The position numbers and the translations under genes were made by a program. The notes under the pieces were generated by a model. It saw only the letters and a list, made by a program, of their open reading frames with translations. It ran no database searches and had not been told where the DNA came from. From a virus (taxonomy: Duplodnaviria > Caudoviricetes), in the IMG/VR virus record IMGVR_UViG_3300028591_005215, positions 215,750 through 279,749 of that record: 64,000 nucleotides of DNA; one strand, 5' to 3'. Of the stretch, positions 10,272 through 22,098 are shown piece by piece; the stretch's first letter is position 1; each line of letters starts with the position of its first letter.

Positions 10272-13099
10272 AATATAGTTTAAAAGCACATATGACGCCA
10301 GAATTAAATAAGTTAAGCGTAAGGGAAACTTATTTATCAAAAGATTTGTCTTACATATCTGGTGTTACTGACTATTTCGAAGGCATAAGGGATGGCGAAG
10401 AAGTTTCTTTGTCAAGCCCTTATGTTGAAAATAAAATCCAAACTAAAATAAATTTAGACTTAGTCAGAAGACAAGGGTATGTTATAACTAAGGAACGTAA
10501 ATCTATTAATTCAGTAGACGTTATTGATTATGATGAAGTAAAAACTGTTCGTTATATTGAATATAACGGAAATTTTTATTACGAATATGCAAACAATGGA
10601 CTAAAAGGATTTTTAATAGAAGGATTTTTTTATAGGACAAATGATGATACTGTTACAATCACAGTAAAAAATTGGATAGAAAATGGTGTTGTATGGATAA
10701 AGGGTGAAAAATATAGGGTAGACACTAATTTAATACCAAATGATGACTATAAAACAGGTTACGAGCCACCAGTAATAAAAAAATATGGCAACGATGAACT
10801 GTTAACTACCATAGATGACAATGAAATATCAGTAAAGGACTATGAATATAATAAATGGTTTAATTGCTATAAATTTTTAATAAAAGCTTCAGATAATAAT
10901 GAAATTGACGTAGTAAGCTCAACACCTGCGATGTATTATCCTTTTATCATATACAAAAATGACGTCTATGATTTTTTTGACTATGGTGAAGGAAATGATA
11001 CTGAATATGGAGTACTAGTTGAAGGAAATTTTTATAAAAATGATTCTTTTGATAGTGTAGAAGAATATAATTATACTGATGAAGCTACTTTAAAAGTAGG
11101 TGATGAAGAAGTAAACATTGAATCCTTGCTTAAAACTAATGAATCAGCTATTTACTCAGTTTTAAAAAGCAAAACTGATATATCAACATATAAATTATAT
11201 GATATTATAATAGCAGAAAGCAACTACCCATATTCTGAACTTGACGTAATAGACGACACTTTTGTCTTTTTTGATAATCAGAAATATTTGATTAAAAATA
11301 ATGTTGGCGACTATGTTACAATAAATAATGAAGACTATAAAATAGAATACACTGATTCTGATTTACTTTCAGGTAAAATAGTAGTTAATGGTAACTCAAT
11401 TCCTTTAACATTTTTCAATGAAGAAATTGTAAATGAAGATACTACTAGCAATGAGATGAAAACTATTAAGAAATGCTATTACACTAACAAAATATATACA
11501 AAAAGTGGTGATAGCGTGATTTATTCATATCAAAATGAATCAACTGACGTTTCAGCATACACTGTTACTGAAGTTGATGGCATAGTTATAGATGACGTTG
11601 TTTATCCAATATACTACACAAAAGATGGCACTTCAAAATTCTGCAAATTAAATAAACCTGAAAAATATGAATTTGAGATTATTGATATATTAGGTAGTGA
11701 TTCATTGCTATTAAGTCCTGTAGTTAATAATGACGATTATGTAATAAAAGAAACTGTTAACAGAAAATTATATAAAAATTTAGAATCTTTTCACTTTTAT
11801 CTAAAAAATAATATTTTTGGCGATGATAATATTACACCTGAAGTGGCAGCAGTATTGGCTGCAACATCAAATAGACCTATATCAACTAAAGACGTTAATT
11901 TAACCTTAAATAAATTAGCTATCTACCAAATAAGTGACTATATAACATTACCTATATCTTTGGGTAATAAAATAGGTGCTAATGTTAATGCTGATGATGT
12001 TTTGCAAAATGAATTTGTGAACGAAAAAACAGAAGAGGGTGTTAATTCAATAGTAGATATGGAAAAAGATGTATATTACCCTGGTTATTATATGGGTGAT
12101 GGGTTTGCACCAATTACTAAATTAGTTTTTAACTTACATTTTAGGACAAGGAATAAAGATTCATGGAAAATAAATGAAGATAACACTGAAGAATTAGGTG
12201 GAATACCAATTAAAGGCTATATAAAACCATTTAATTCAAATGGTGAAATATCAGTGGATAAAAAAGAAATAGTCAATTATGGGACAAATTTAGCCAATTC
12301 TAATTGGTTTGTAATTGACAATTATTATTATGACTTGTATGAAGATAAACTTCTTTTGCAAAATTCATCTGATTTAATGGGATTATTGAATTTTACGGAT
12401 GAAGATGTTAAGTATAGGAAAAATAAAATAGGGAAATCGTTTTTAAGATTATCATTTTACAGTACTAATAGCCCGCATACACAAGTTTTGCTGTCAACTT
12501 CTACAATATTTATGGATGAAAATTCTTTATATAAGAAATATATGGATTTTAGTTCTAATGGGAATTTTATTAATGTTAACACAAATGAAATAACTAAAAA
12601 TATTAATGTATTATCAGAAAATTATACTAATGGCAATGTAATAGAAATTAAAACTAATAAAAGATTAGATAGCAGTATTACTGTCAATAATAAATATTCA
12701 ACAAATACTTCTTCAGAAGGCTTTTATTTATATTTATTTAGAGATTATTCAACAAAATTAAGGGAAAACACTATATATCTTAAAATAGATTTTTGTCATG
12801 CAGGTACAGGTTTAGTTTTACCTTTCATAATACCAACTAATGAAGAAGGGACTGAACCTTTATATATGGATAATTATTCTGATGTTGAATTAATGAAAAA
12901 AGGTGTGGCTATGACAGATTTATACAATAAAATGTATATACCAATAAAAGTTATTTATTCTGAAAAAGATAAAAAATACTTTTATTATTTACCTGAACGA
13001 TTTGTAGAAAATGATAAAATGGGTGTTGAAAATAGCACTATGTTATTTAACTTATTTGAATTAAAAATTAAAAATCAATCTTATGAAACAGATTATTAA
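10265..13099 (+). CDS. Large probable virion structural protein
   Basis: 944 aa, overlaps both neighbours. Confidence 0.55.
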   Translation: MLKYSLKAHMTPELNKLSVRETYLSKDLSYISGVTDYFEGIRDGEEVSLSSPYVENKIQTKINLDLVRRQGYVITKERKSINSVDVIDYDEVKTVRYIEYNGNFYYEYANNGLKGFLIEGFFYRTNDDTVTITVKNWIENGVVWIKGEKYRVDTNLIPNDDYKTGYEPPVIKKYGNDELLTTIDDNEISVKDYEYNKWFNCYKFLIKASDNNEIDVVSSTPAMYYPFIIYKNDVYDFFDYGEGNDTEYGVLVEGNFYKNDSFDSVEEYNYTDEATLKVGDEEVNIESLLKTNESAIYSVLKSKTDISTYKLYDIIIAESNYPYSELDVIDDTFVFFDNQKYLIKNNVGDYVTINNEDYKIEYTDSDLLSGKIVVNGNSIPLTFFNEEIVNEDTTSNEMKTIKKCYYTNKIYTKSGDSVIYSYQNESTDVSAYTVTEVDGIVIDDVVYPIYYTKDGTSKFCKLNKPEKYEFEIIDILGSDSLLLSPVVNNDDYVIKETVNRKLYKNLESFHFYLKNNIFGDDNITPEVAAVLAATSNRPISTKDVNLTLNKLAIYQISDYITLPISLGNKIGANVNADDVLQNEFVNEKTEEGVNSIVDMEKDVYYPGYYMGDGFAPITKLVFNLHFRTRNKDSWKINEDNTEELGGIPIKGYIKPFNSNGEISVDKKEIVNYGTNLANSNWFVIDNYYYDLYEDKLLLQNSSDLMGLLNFTDEDVKYRKNKIGKSFLRLSFYSTNSPHTQVLLSTSTIFMDENSLYKKYMDFSSNGNFINVNTNEITKNINVLSENYTNGNVIEIKTNKRLDSSITVNNKYSTNTSSEGFYLYLFRDYSTKLRENTIYLKIDFCHAGTGLVLPFIIPTNEEGTEPLYMDNYSDVELMKKGVAMTDLYNKMYIPIKVIYSEKDKKYFYYLPERFVENDKMGVENSTMLFNLFELKIKNQSYETDY

Positions 13100-16000
13100 G
13101 AAAATATCAATGGAAGATATGAAATCAAGATTACCTGGGATTATACCTTCTTTAAATAAAAAATGGGTTATTAATTATGGTAATTATTATTCTGAATATG
13201 AATCATATTCAGAAGCATACCGTGATGCAATAAACGCATCCATTGATGTTTCTAAAATCGAAGAAAAAGTTGAATTTACTGACATATATACTGATAATAT
13301 AGCTAATGCCAAAATTAATGGAAATTATGGTATGATTCCAAGTGATATAGAAATACCTTATGAATATATTGACTATATAACTGATTATACAGATATATAC
13401 ATTAATATACCAGATGATAATGGTGGGTATTACACAATTAATCAAATAAGTAAGAAAGACTTATTGAATAGGGCTGAAGAAGGGTCTATTTATTATTTCT
13501 ATTACGGAAGGGATATTTACTCTATTAACTGTACATCCAAAACAAAATATTTAGAAATAGTTGACGTTCTTGAACGTGCCAAAAAACATAAGTTTTTAAC
13601 ATATAGAACGTTGCAAAAATGGTATTCATTTTTTAATGAATACCATAATTTGCTTAATTCTGGTAAAGGTAAAACTAAATATAAAAATGCGCTTGAATAT
13701 TACGAATATGAAATAGAAGATAAAAGTAATAATGAATTGAAAAAATATGAAGAATACGATTCATTATATAATTCAAGAGGTGGTGATTATTTTTATAACT
13801 GGATTAATATGACTTGTTTGCCTAAATATAGGCTGCCAAAAAAATTCATAGAAAAAAATGGGTTCTCTTATTTGTATTATGGCACTGCAATTAAATTTTA
13901 TTATTGGCTTAAAGAACGTTATGAGAAATATAATAAATTTCTTGATAATGCTAATAAATATACATTTAGTATTAATGTGTCAGAAAAAACAAATGACATT
14001 AAAGGGCTTGGTATAGATAATGCTTTGTTTACAAGCGAACTTGTTGATAAAGATTATTCTGATTACAACCTATATACTATTGAAGAGAATACAAATGACT
14101 TAGATTTTAATAGCTTTATGCTAGATGGAGATAATATAGTTAGTTGGCCTGAAATCATCGTAACACCGAAAGCATATACTGATTCTGATTTAAAAACTAT
14201 TTGTATGTCTTCTGATGATTGTTGTGACTGCTTTAAATATTTTAAACGTGGTGGCAATGAGCTTTATTATGATTTAAAGGATTGGGTAGATAGCCTATCT
14301 ACAAAGCCAACATCATTAAAATCAGCATCATTAGTCATACCAATAACTTTATCAGTAAATATTGATGATATTGGCGAAATGGCTATATTTTCTAATGAAT
14401 ACAAAGAAAAAACAAATTATAAACCTACAATTAGCACTGACGAAAACGGTGGTACTGTTGTTAATAGACCTATAATAACTAATAATGAAACAGGTGACAT
14501 TTTTGTTGATAATAATGTTTATATGATTAAAAATGAATCAGTTGGATATATCCAAAATGATTATAAAGAAAATGTGTTCAACGAAGAAGATTGGATTGAT
14601 TATACTGGATATTATGTTAACAAACATAAAAATGAATTTGTAACTGACATTTTAGAATTTGCTTACAATGACAATGGTAAAATAGTATATAATCCTTCAG
14701 ATGAAAATATGTCTATTGACTATGATATAAACTATTATGATAATGGATTTTTCCTAATAAATGATAAAATTTATCCTGTAGAGCTTAAAAAATATGTTTA
14801 TTATAAAGGCTTCAAAAATTCATTGGCTAATGGACTTATGCTTTCAGTAGATGAAACTGCTGACGGCCAATATTACACTAAAATAAATAATAGGATATTT
14901 TACGCAATAAAAAAAGGTAACAATTATTATTTTAATTTTAAAACTTATAAAGCATGCATTGATACATCTGATTATGATTGTGAAGTATTGCCTGAAAAGG
15001 ATGGTAAAATAGGTTGCATAAAATTCGCTAATACTTTATATGTAGCAGATAAAAATGTTTTAACGATTGATATAAATGGCACTGATACAACTTTTACTAA
15101 AATAGATGGGTATGTTGACACTAAAGAAGGAAGATTCTACATTAAAGATAATAAAATTTTTGAAATAGAATCTGAATTAAGTAATGTAGATTGGAAAAAA
15201 TATGATGTAAAAGATGGCAAATTAAAAATTGTACATCCTTATACCATATATAAATGTGATGAAATAAGTGGCCACACAAATTCTAAATTGGACTTATTTA
15301 GGCAAACTAACGTCTTGCATGATGATTTAGGTAATGAAATGCCTGGATACTATGAACCTTCATATGATGAAAGGACAAAAACAAAATATGCCCAACCATA
15401 TAATGATTGCTTACTTGATTTATATTATAAGGTTGGTAATGTTTCACAATTGTCTAAAAATAACAATTTAACCATAGATGGTGATTCAGAAAAACAATTT
15501 TTCAATGGCAATATTATGGAATCAATGGAAATATACCACACAATAAATGGTAAGAAATTAGAAAAAAGTTCTATAATATTAAATAATTCCATGAACGATT
15601 ATGACAAAAAGAATGTTTTAACTACAATAGAATTGTCAATGGATATAGTGAATACTTTTCTCAATAGTGATAATGAAAAAGAACTTGAAAAATACGTAGA
15701 TGACATTTCCAATTTAAATGAAGCTGTCATTGAAACACATTGCGTTTTTACCTATTATATAGGGGCTATTCTAAGAGAACGTATTACGCTAAAAGAATAT
15801 AATGAATATAGTGGGTATGAACTTGCAGCTGGTAAAAATCATGGGGTTAAGTATGTGGAAGACGATGTATTAAAATTGGAAAATTGTTTATATAATTTAT
15901 TGGATGGCTCTTCTTTTACTCTAAGATATTATAATATTATTCAAAACACAAGAAGAATCACACTTAATGATTATAATAATCAACTAAAGGATGTGAATGA

Positions 16001-16304
16001 CGCTATATTTTATAGTAATATAAAATTATTAGGCTTAGATAATAATGGTGATGTAGTTGTCACTAAAGAAGAATTCACACATGAAAATGGTTTTGACCAA
16101 TTAAATAACACAATAGCTGCGCCTGTTTTCAGAAAAGAATATGATTTTGGCGTAGCATTACCTCAAAATATCAAATCTGATATTTATATAGACAGAGGTA
16201 TAAACAAAGCCTTAGACAAACATTTAAGGCTTCAAGAGATAAGTGATATGAACTCTTTACTACAATATGGTAATGGTTCAGTTTTTAATATAATAGAAAA
16301 TTAA
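13083..16304 (+). CDS. Large probable virion structural protein
   Basis: 1073 aa in the structural operon. Confidence 0.55.
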   Translation: MKQIIKKISMEDMKSRLPGIIPSLNKKWVINYGNYYSEYESYSEAYRDAINASIDVSKIEEKVEFTDIYTDNIANAKINGNYGMIPSDIEIPYEYIDYITDYTDIYINIPDDNGGYYTINQISKKDLLNRAEEGSIYYFYYGRDIYSINCTSKTKYLEIVDVLERAKKHKFLTYRTLQKWYSFFNEYHNLLNSGKGKTKYKNALEYYEYEIEDKSNNELKKYEEYDSLYNSRGGDYFYNWINMTCLPKYRLPKKFIEKNGFSYLYYGTAIKFYYWLKERYEKYNKFLDNANKYTFSINVSEKTNDIKGLGIDNALFTSELVDKDYSDYNLYTIEENTNDLDFNSFMLDGDNIVSWPEIIVTPKAYTDSDLKTICMSSDDCCDCFKYFKRGGNELYYDLKDWVDSLSTKPTSLKSASLVIPITLSVNIDDIGEMAIFSNEYKEKTNYKPTISTDENGGTVVNRPIITNNETGDIFVDNNVYMIKNESVGYIQNDYKENVFNEEDWIDYTGYYVNKHKNEFVTDILEFAYNDNGKIVYNPSDENMSIDYDINYYDNGFFLINDKIYPVELKKYVYYKGFKNSLANGLMLSVDETADGQYYTKINNRIFYAIKKGNNYYFNFKTYKACIDTSDYDCEVLPEKDGKIGCIKFANTLYVADKNVLTIDINGTDTTFTKIDGYVDTKEGRFYIKDNKIFEIESELSNVDWKKYDVKDGKLKIVHPYTIYKCDEISGHTNSKLDLFRQTNVLHDDLGNEMPGYYEPSYDERTKTKYAQPYNDCLLDLYYKVGNVSQLSKNNNLTIDGDSEKQFFNGNIMESMEIYHTINGKKLEKSSIILNNSMNDYDKKNVLTTIELSMDIVNTFLNSDNEKELEKYVDDISNLNEAVIETHCVFTYYIGAILRERITLKEYNEYSGYELAAGKNHGVKYVEDDVLKLENCLYNLLDGSSFTLRYYNIIQNTRRITLNDYNNQLKDVNDAIFYSNIKLLGLDNNGDVVVTKEEFTHENGFDQLNNTIAAPVFRKEYDFGVALPQNIKSDIYIDRGINKALDKHLRLQEISDMNSLLQYGNGSVFNIIEN

Positions 16305-16314
16305 AAGTAATATA

Positions 16315-17217
16315 ATGTCAGCAGGAGTATATGGCATTTCAGTGCCAGCAAACATAGATTCTTCATTGGTGGATATTTATTATGCATATCATAAAACCAG
16401 AAATAGTGATAATTCACGAAATGCAGTATTTACAAAATTGCCATCAAGTATTTTGGCAAATGCACTATATGATGGTGGTGATTCAACTGATAATGTTCTT
16501 GAAGGTATGTATAATCTTAAATTGCCTTTGGAATATTTCAATCAAAAAGGGTTCTATACAATTTACATAAAGCCAAAAGAAATACCAGCAGTTATTGCTG
16601 ATATTAGCACGCTAGCTGCACATTCTAATATAAATGGCATAGTATTAGATTCATCAAGTATTGAAGATTCTTTAATAAGGACAAAAGTTTTGACAAATAA
16701 CTCATTAGTTGGGTGGAGGATAATTTATATTGACGATAATGGTGATAGACAAGACTATTATAGGCTAATAACTAGCAATAACAAATGCGAACCTATAGTA
16801 ATGGCTTCTAATAGCTCAAGTGATAAATCATACACATATAGGTATAATGAAAATTCTACATTATCATTTTTAACTGTAACACCGTCTTCAGCACCAAGTT
16901 TTAAAGCTAATGCTGCGCCTTATATTGGAAAACCTACGCAGCGTATTTTGCTCGTTAATACGATGTTTGAGCCTGTTATGATAGATTTAGAATTAGTAGA
17001 GCATGATGCTGACACTATTTCAACAATGCTTGAAGGTTCGCAACTTAGAAGCCTTGATAACGGCTTAATCACTACATTTAATAGTGATAATGAAATTTAT
17101 AATCAGTCTGAAAACTTTACACTTAAAGATAGTGAAACAGGACAACCTATTTATGAAGTAAAACAAAACAGAACAAATAATGTTGACTATTCTCAAACAT
17201 TAGATGATAAAATTTAA
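16315..17217 (+). CDS. Probable virion structural protein
   Basis: 300 aa, beta-rich, inside the structural operon. Confidence 0.55.
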   Translation: MSAGVYGISVPANIDSSLVDIYYAYHKTRNSDNSRNAVFTKLPSSILANALYDGGDSTDNVLEGMYNLKLPLEYFNQKGFYTIYIKPKEIPAVIADISTLAAHSNINGIVLDSSSIEDSLIRTKVLTNNSLVGWRIIYIDDNGDRQDYYRLITSNNKCEPIVMASNSSSDKSYTYRYNENSTLSFLTVTPSSAPSFKANAAPYIGKPTQRILLVNTMFEPVMIDLELVEHDADTISTMLEGSQLRSLDNGLITTFNSDNEIYNQSENFTLKDSETGQPIYEVKQNRTNNVDYSQTLDDKI

Positions 17218-17231
17218 GTTAATTTAAGGGT

Positions 17232-20200
17232 ATGCCATATATAAAATCACATTCTAATTATGTGCTTAAAAAAAAGCACCAACTTACTAATAGTGGTACT
17301 ATCTACGAAAGGGATATTACCACTATTGGTGGTAAAAATAGTTTCACAAGTAATCAAACCCCAATTTACCAAACAGGTAATTTTATAATTACAGTGAATA
17401 ATGATGATAATGTTAAAAAAGATTCACATAGTGTTAATTGGGAAGAGCATTTTAGTGGTGATGTTTGGACATTAAGCACGTTACAAGATTATATTAAAGA
17501 TGAAACATCATCTGAAGATGAATCAATCGTAATTAAAAGGGATTATTACAATTTAAGGGATTTTGCATATTTCGGCTCTTGTTCAGAATTAATAAGAGCT
17601 TCAATAAATGACATTATTAATAAATTCCCTGGTGAATTGTTTATACCATTTGACAATACAACTGTATCGTCATATACATATGTTGAAGATGTGTGGGACT
17701 TGGATAAAAATGGAAACCCATTTTCAACCTCTAAAACATTAAGCGGTGAGACAACTGATACTGAAGAAATAATAAGCAGAAATGGCTCAGTGACTGCTAC
17801 AACTGTAGTAGGTGGTATTCCTGTGTTTTACACTGATAATTCAGAATTTAATAGTGGTACTAATGGCGCATTAAACGATGATGGTAACGGAAATTCTAAA
17901 ACAAAGATTAAAAGACTTGGTGGAGATAATTATTTCTTGGTTGATAATCCGTTTAATGTTAATATTCACACGGCATTTAAGAAAAGTAGTGAAATAACTG
18001 ATGATAATTTTCTTAAATTTTTTGCCAATGAAGGGTATAAAAATTATGAATTAATAGGTAATAATGGCGAAGCCCATAAATTTAATTGGGTAGTTAAAAA
18101 CCATTTAGACAAACTTTGTGTTGGTGAAAAAATTTGTGACGTTGAAATAACGTGTGTAGATAGCAGTGAAACCTTCGTTATAGAAGCTTGGGTAAGCAAT
18201 AATAAAGAAATAAAATATTTAATTGACCTATCAAAATATGATAATCTAATAGAAAATGGCGCTTTCAAATATAGCATAAGACCTAAAGTGCAATTCTTAG
18301 ACGAGTTTTTCAAAAGTCTTGATATGTTTGAAAGAATATTAATGAATAAAGATTCTTCCCCTAAATATACTGCTTATTTTAATATTTTAAGAGAAAATGA
18401 ATATGGGTACTATAGTAATATAGAATCATTTACATTCCCAACTACATACGGCAGTTATAATATTGGTGCTGATGGTGTTTCATTTGACGCTTACATACAG
18501 AATTTAGTTGATATTGCTAATTTCTACGATGAAAGATTTTGCGATAATATGTATAGGTCAATGACCCATGAATCTATTAAAAACTTTGACTGGACATATA
18601 GAAAACTAAAGACACAAGAAGAATCTGAAGATATTATTAGTGCAGGAGATAAAATATCAAAAATAATTAGGCTTTTTGGAAGAGAATTTGATGAAATTTT
18701 ATCATACATTAATGCTATAGCTAGTTATAGAACTATAACATATGATGATATAAACAATTTACCTGATTATTTTTTCACTGATGCATTGGAAAATAATGGA
18801 TGGGATTTTAAACAAATAACACCTTATACATTAATAGAATATACTGGTGCATCTAAAACTGACATTTCAGATAAAACAACAGAAGATGATGAAAAAAGTA
18901 ACACATACAATGGAAATGCTTTAAAAAGGCTATTTACGCAAGATACAAGTTTTTTAGTAAAACCATATGATAAAAAACTTGACATTTATCCTGATGGTTA
19001 CTTTTTTGGGTGCACACCAAATCATCAAGAAACATCTGAACAATTTACTTTAGACGTAAATAATCAATCTTGTGAGTCTGCACAAACTATCGTATTTAAT
19101 TACGAAGAGCAAGAAACTGATATACCTGTTGAATCGTACAGTAGAGAATTTGAAAATGGAAGAGAAACGTGTGGCTATGGTAAGTTTACGAATACTGGTG
19201 GAACTGTATTTTCAGCATCCACTGAATCATCAGAACTTGATAGTGGAAGTACAATAGATTATCCAAAAAATGAAATAACTTCGTATGGCGGAGAAAATAT
19301 AACTGGCAACACATTTATAAGTCCTTGTAATAATAACATCTTAGAACGAATTAAAAACTATTCTTCAGAGAAAGAATGGTCAATGCCAGAAGTAAATGTT
19401 GAATTTGAAAAACGTTTAATTCTTAACTCTAAAGAAATATGGAAGCATAAAGGAACACAAGATAGTGTAGAAATGATTCTTGGTATGTTCGGAATGAGAA
19501 GTAAAAGATGGTATGATGCTTTACCTTTATATGAAAAAGAAAGCTACATTAGTAGTAATGGTGGAGTTGGGAATTATAATAGATATGATTTTGAAATAAA
19601 AGAATATACATCTTTTACAACAAGAATAGAAGACCCTTATGTTAACGGCATTTTAGATTATAAATATAATTGGGTTAATAAAGCTAAGAATATTTCTTAT
19701 TCAGTATATGGCAATGATGATTATGAAGATTACCAAGGTCTACCTGTAATGTATCGTGATATTGATGGTAAACGTTATCTTTACCCAAATTTTGATAAAA
19801 ACAAAGTTTATGATGGGAATCCTTATTACCAAATGAATGGTGGGTGGACATCAACATACCCTTATATGTTTGATAAAGATAATAACATTGTGACTAAACC
19901 AAACGACAGCAAAATCTATCAGGAAACGCTTAGAAATATTAAAAATGTTGATAAGCTTCAAGACCTTTTTGATTTACCAGTGCAAAGTTTAACAAATGGT
20001 GAAATTTACTATGTAACAAACTTATCAGGTTCTTATGCAGTTGTGGATGGCGTTGTATATGATATAATAACTGAAAGTGATGGTGTTACCGATTATAGAT
20101 ATTTTGAAGTGCAAATAGTTAATAATTCAATTGTAGTAGGTGAAGCTTATTTTAATGACTATGTGATTGTAAGTAACCCATTTGAGCCAAATAATAAGAG

Positions 20201-21164
20201 AAGGTATGATTTAACTGATGATGACATTAATGGTCAAAATATAAAAGTGTATTTAATTAAGCCTGATGGTAATGAAACAATATATTTGTATTCAGACCAA
20301 GATTCAGTATCAACGTTTACTGTTTTTGAAAATGGTAAATACATGGAAGGTGATAATTTTACTCATTATTTTAGGATAAATGATGTTTATTCAGTAGGTG
20401 AATTAAGTCCTTTAGGGTGGGAACAGCTTAAGAATACTGATTATGATTTTTATCGTATAAATTCAGATGAAGATTATTTCAAAGGTAATAACCCACATAC
20501 AGGACATTTGCATTATGATAACGGTCATGAATATTTTACATACTTTAGTAACTTATTTAAATACTCATCTAATAATTCATTAATAGATGAATCAATTCTT
20601 ATTGATTATCCAAACTATGCAAATATATCACTTCACAACGATATTGATAACTTTGGGTTTAGTGGGTTAATTAAAGATGATGAATGCGACCTATCTTATG
20701 ATGATTTTTTAATTGAAGACAGCAAAATACATTATTTTGGGGATTGGTTTGAATCAAGAGCAACCATTACTACTGTAGATGACAATGGAACTATTAAACG
20801 TAATTTCTTTGACACTGTAAATTATTATTATTTTAATAATGATATTATTACTAAAAATAATGAAATACCTTATAATGTTTCAGATATTAGTCCTAAAGAA
20901 ATGACTTGTAGAAATAACCCTAATTTTTCTTACGGTAAAATTAAAAAAGAAGAAGCGAAATTAATAGATGGGTGCACTAACCAAATAGTTAATAATAAAA
21001 TAGTTAAAATTATTTTCTATTTAAGAAATGATAGTTTCTATAGTAAATCAGCATTGGAGGAAATGAAATACTTACAATCTATAGTAGTACCTTATATGAA
21101 TCAGGTAATTCCAAGTGGTGCAATTTTAGAAACTTGTTATATATATAATGGTCAAAAGATGTAA
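17232..21164 (+). CDS. Probable baseplate wedge protein (gp7/P2 gpI-like motifs)
   Basis: 1310 aa; LPDYFF..LENNGW, WKHKGTQDSVEMILGMFG and C-terminal PYMNQVIPSG resemble wedge-protein motifs. Confidence 0.55.
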   Translation: MPYIKSHSNYVLKKKHQLTNSGTIYERDITTIGGKNSFTSNQTPIYQTGNFIITVNNDDNVKKDSHSVNWEEHFSGDVWTLSTLQDYIKDETSSEDESIVIKRDYYNLRDFAYFGSCSELIRASINDIINKFPGELFIPFDNTTVSSYTYVEDVWDLDKNGNPFSTSKTLSGETTDTEEIISRNGSVTATTVVGGIPVFYTDNSEFNSGTNGALNDDGNGNSKTKIKRLGGDNYFLVDNPFNVNIHTAFKKSSEITDDNFLKFFANEGYKNYELIGNNGEAHKFNWVVKNHLDKLCVGEKICDVEITCVDSSETFVIEAWVSNNKEIKYLIDLSKYDNLIENGAFKYSIRPKVQFLDEFFKSLDMFERILMNKDSSPKYTAYFNILRENEYGYYSNIESFTFPTTYGSYNIGADGVSFDAYIQNLVDIANFYDERFCDNMYRSMTHESIKNFDWTYRKLKTQEESEDIISAGDKISKIIRLFGREFDEILSYINAIASYRTITYDDINNLPDYFFTDALENNGWDFKQITPYTLIEYTGASKTDISDKTTEDDEKSNTYNGNALKRLFTQDTSFLVKPYDKKLDIYPDGYFFGCTPNHQETSEQFTLDVNNQSCESAQTIVFNYEEQETDIPVESYSREFENGRETCGYGKFTNTGGTVFSASTESSELDSGSTIDYPKNEITSYGGENITGNTFISPCNNNILERIKNYSSEKEWSMPEVNVEFEKRLILNSKEIWKHKGTQDSVEMILGMFGMRSKRWYDALPLYEKESYISSNGGVGNYNRYDFEIKEYTSFTTRIEDPYVNGILDYKYNWVNKAKNISYSVYGNDDYEDYQGLPVMYRDIDGKRYLYPNFDKNKVYDGNPYYQMNGGWTSTYPYMFDKDNNIVTKPNDSKIYQETLRNIKNVDKLQDLFDLPVQSLTNGEIYYVTNLSGSYAVVDGVVYDIITESDGVTDYRYFEVQIVNNSIVVGEAYFNDYVIVSNPFEPNNKRRYDLTDDDINGQNIKVYLIKPDGNETIYLYSDQDSVSTFTVFENGKYMEGDNFTHYFRINDVYSVGELSPLGWEQLKNTDYDFYRINSDEDYFKGNNPHTGHLHYDNGHEYFTYFSNLFKYSSNNSLIDESILIDYPNYANISLHNDIDNFGFSGLIKDDECDLSYDDFLIEDSKIHYFGDWFESRATITTVDDNGTIKRNFFDTVNYYYFNNDIITKNNEIPYNVSDISPKEMTCRNNPNFSYGKIKKEEAKLIDGCTNQIVNNKIVKIIFYLRNDSFYSKSALEEMKYLQSIVVPYMNQVIPSGAILETCYIYNGQKM

Positions 21165-21166
21165 TT

Positions 21167-22063
21167 ATGGATAAATTTGAAGCATTTTACAACGAAGGCA
21201 TTGTATACATTAAATCAAACACTAATTGGAGTGCCAAGGTTAAAGGTAATATAATGCTATCTTCATATAGCGGTGTTGGTGATGGAGAATTAAAAGTTTT
21301 TCCATCACCAGACATGAAATATGGATATGGCGAAATATTTTTTACATATGGTGATTTGTTTTGCAGCAATTACAATAAATTATACATAAGTCTTTTCAAT
21401 AAATCATATTTTAAAGCAGTTCCTAATTATTTATGCTTCAATGGCGAAAATTCAGTAGCATATTCAACAATTTACGCAAATGATGATTATGAAATATTAA
21501 ATCCATCGACAGAAAAATTCACTGCTATAAAATATGATAATAGTAAAATAATGGTGGTATCTAACACAAGTGAAAACTTTGGTTGTGATGATAATGAGGT
21601 ACTTAAATTAAAAGACGCAAATAATAATTTGATATTCATTGACTTATACCAATGCATTGATGAAAACATAGATGATAATTGCATACTTAAAGCAAGCTAT
21701 ACTAATATAACTGAACATTCAGCAAATGTTAAGGTAACATCACTTATTGGTTCTAAATATGCAAATTTTAAATGGGAAGAAGTTAAAGGCGTCAAAATAA
21801 CAAAATTAACAGGTAATAGTTTATTATGTGAGTTTGACGGTATTGATAAATTCACACTTAAACTGTCAAATGCATGCACTAACATATCTATTGATATATA
21901 TGCTTCATATGATGATGATAAAGTGTTTAATGTTGCAATGCAATGCAACGGTATAACAGATAAATCACATATTTTCTTGAGTGTAGTATCAACATCAGTT
22001 GATAATCCAGAAGAAGCTAATAATTTGATTGACGAAAATCAAAAGACTGCAAATTTATGCTAA
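21167..22063 (+). CDS. BACON/Ig-like domain protein
   Basis: IKSNTNWSA..LSSYSGVGDG and second YANDDY repeat resemble BACON strands. Confidence 0.45.
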   Translation: MDKFEAFYNEGIVYIKSNTNWSAKVKGNIMLSSYSGVGDGELKVFPSPDMKYGYGEIFFTYGDLFCSNYNKLYISLFNKSYFKAVPNYLCFNGENSVAYSTIYANDDYEILNPSTEKFTAIKYDNSKIMVVSNTSENFGCDDNEVLKLKDANNNLIFIDLYQCIDENIDDNCILKASYTNITEHSANVKVTSLIGSKYANFKWEEVKGVKITKLTGNSLLCEFDGIDKFTLKLSNACTNISIDIYASYDDDKVFNVAMQCNGITDKSHIFLSVVSTSVDNPEEANNLIDENQKTANLC

Positions 22064-22068
22064 TCATA

Positions 22069-22098
22069 AAAACCTTGCTTAATAATTAAGCAAGGTTT
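22069..22098. terminator. Hairpin between convergent genes
   Basis: aaaccttgctta-ataat-taagcaaggttt inverted repeat. Confidence 0.6.
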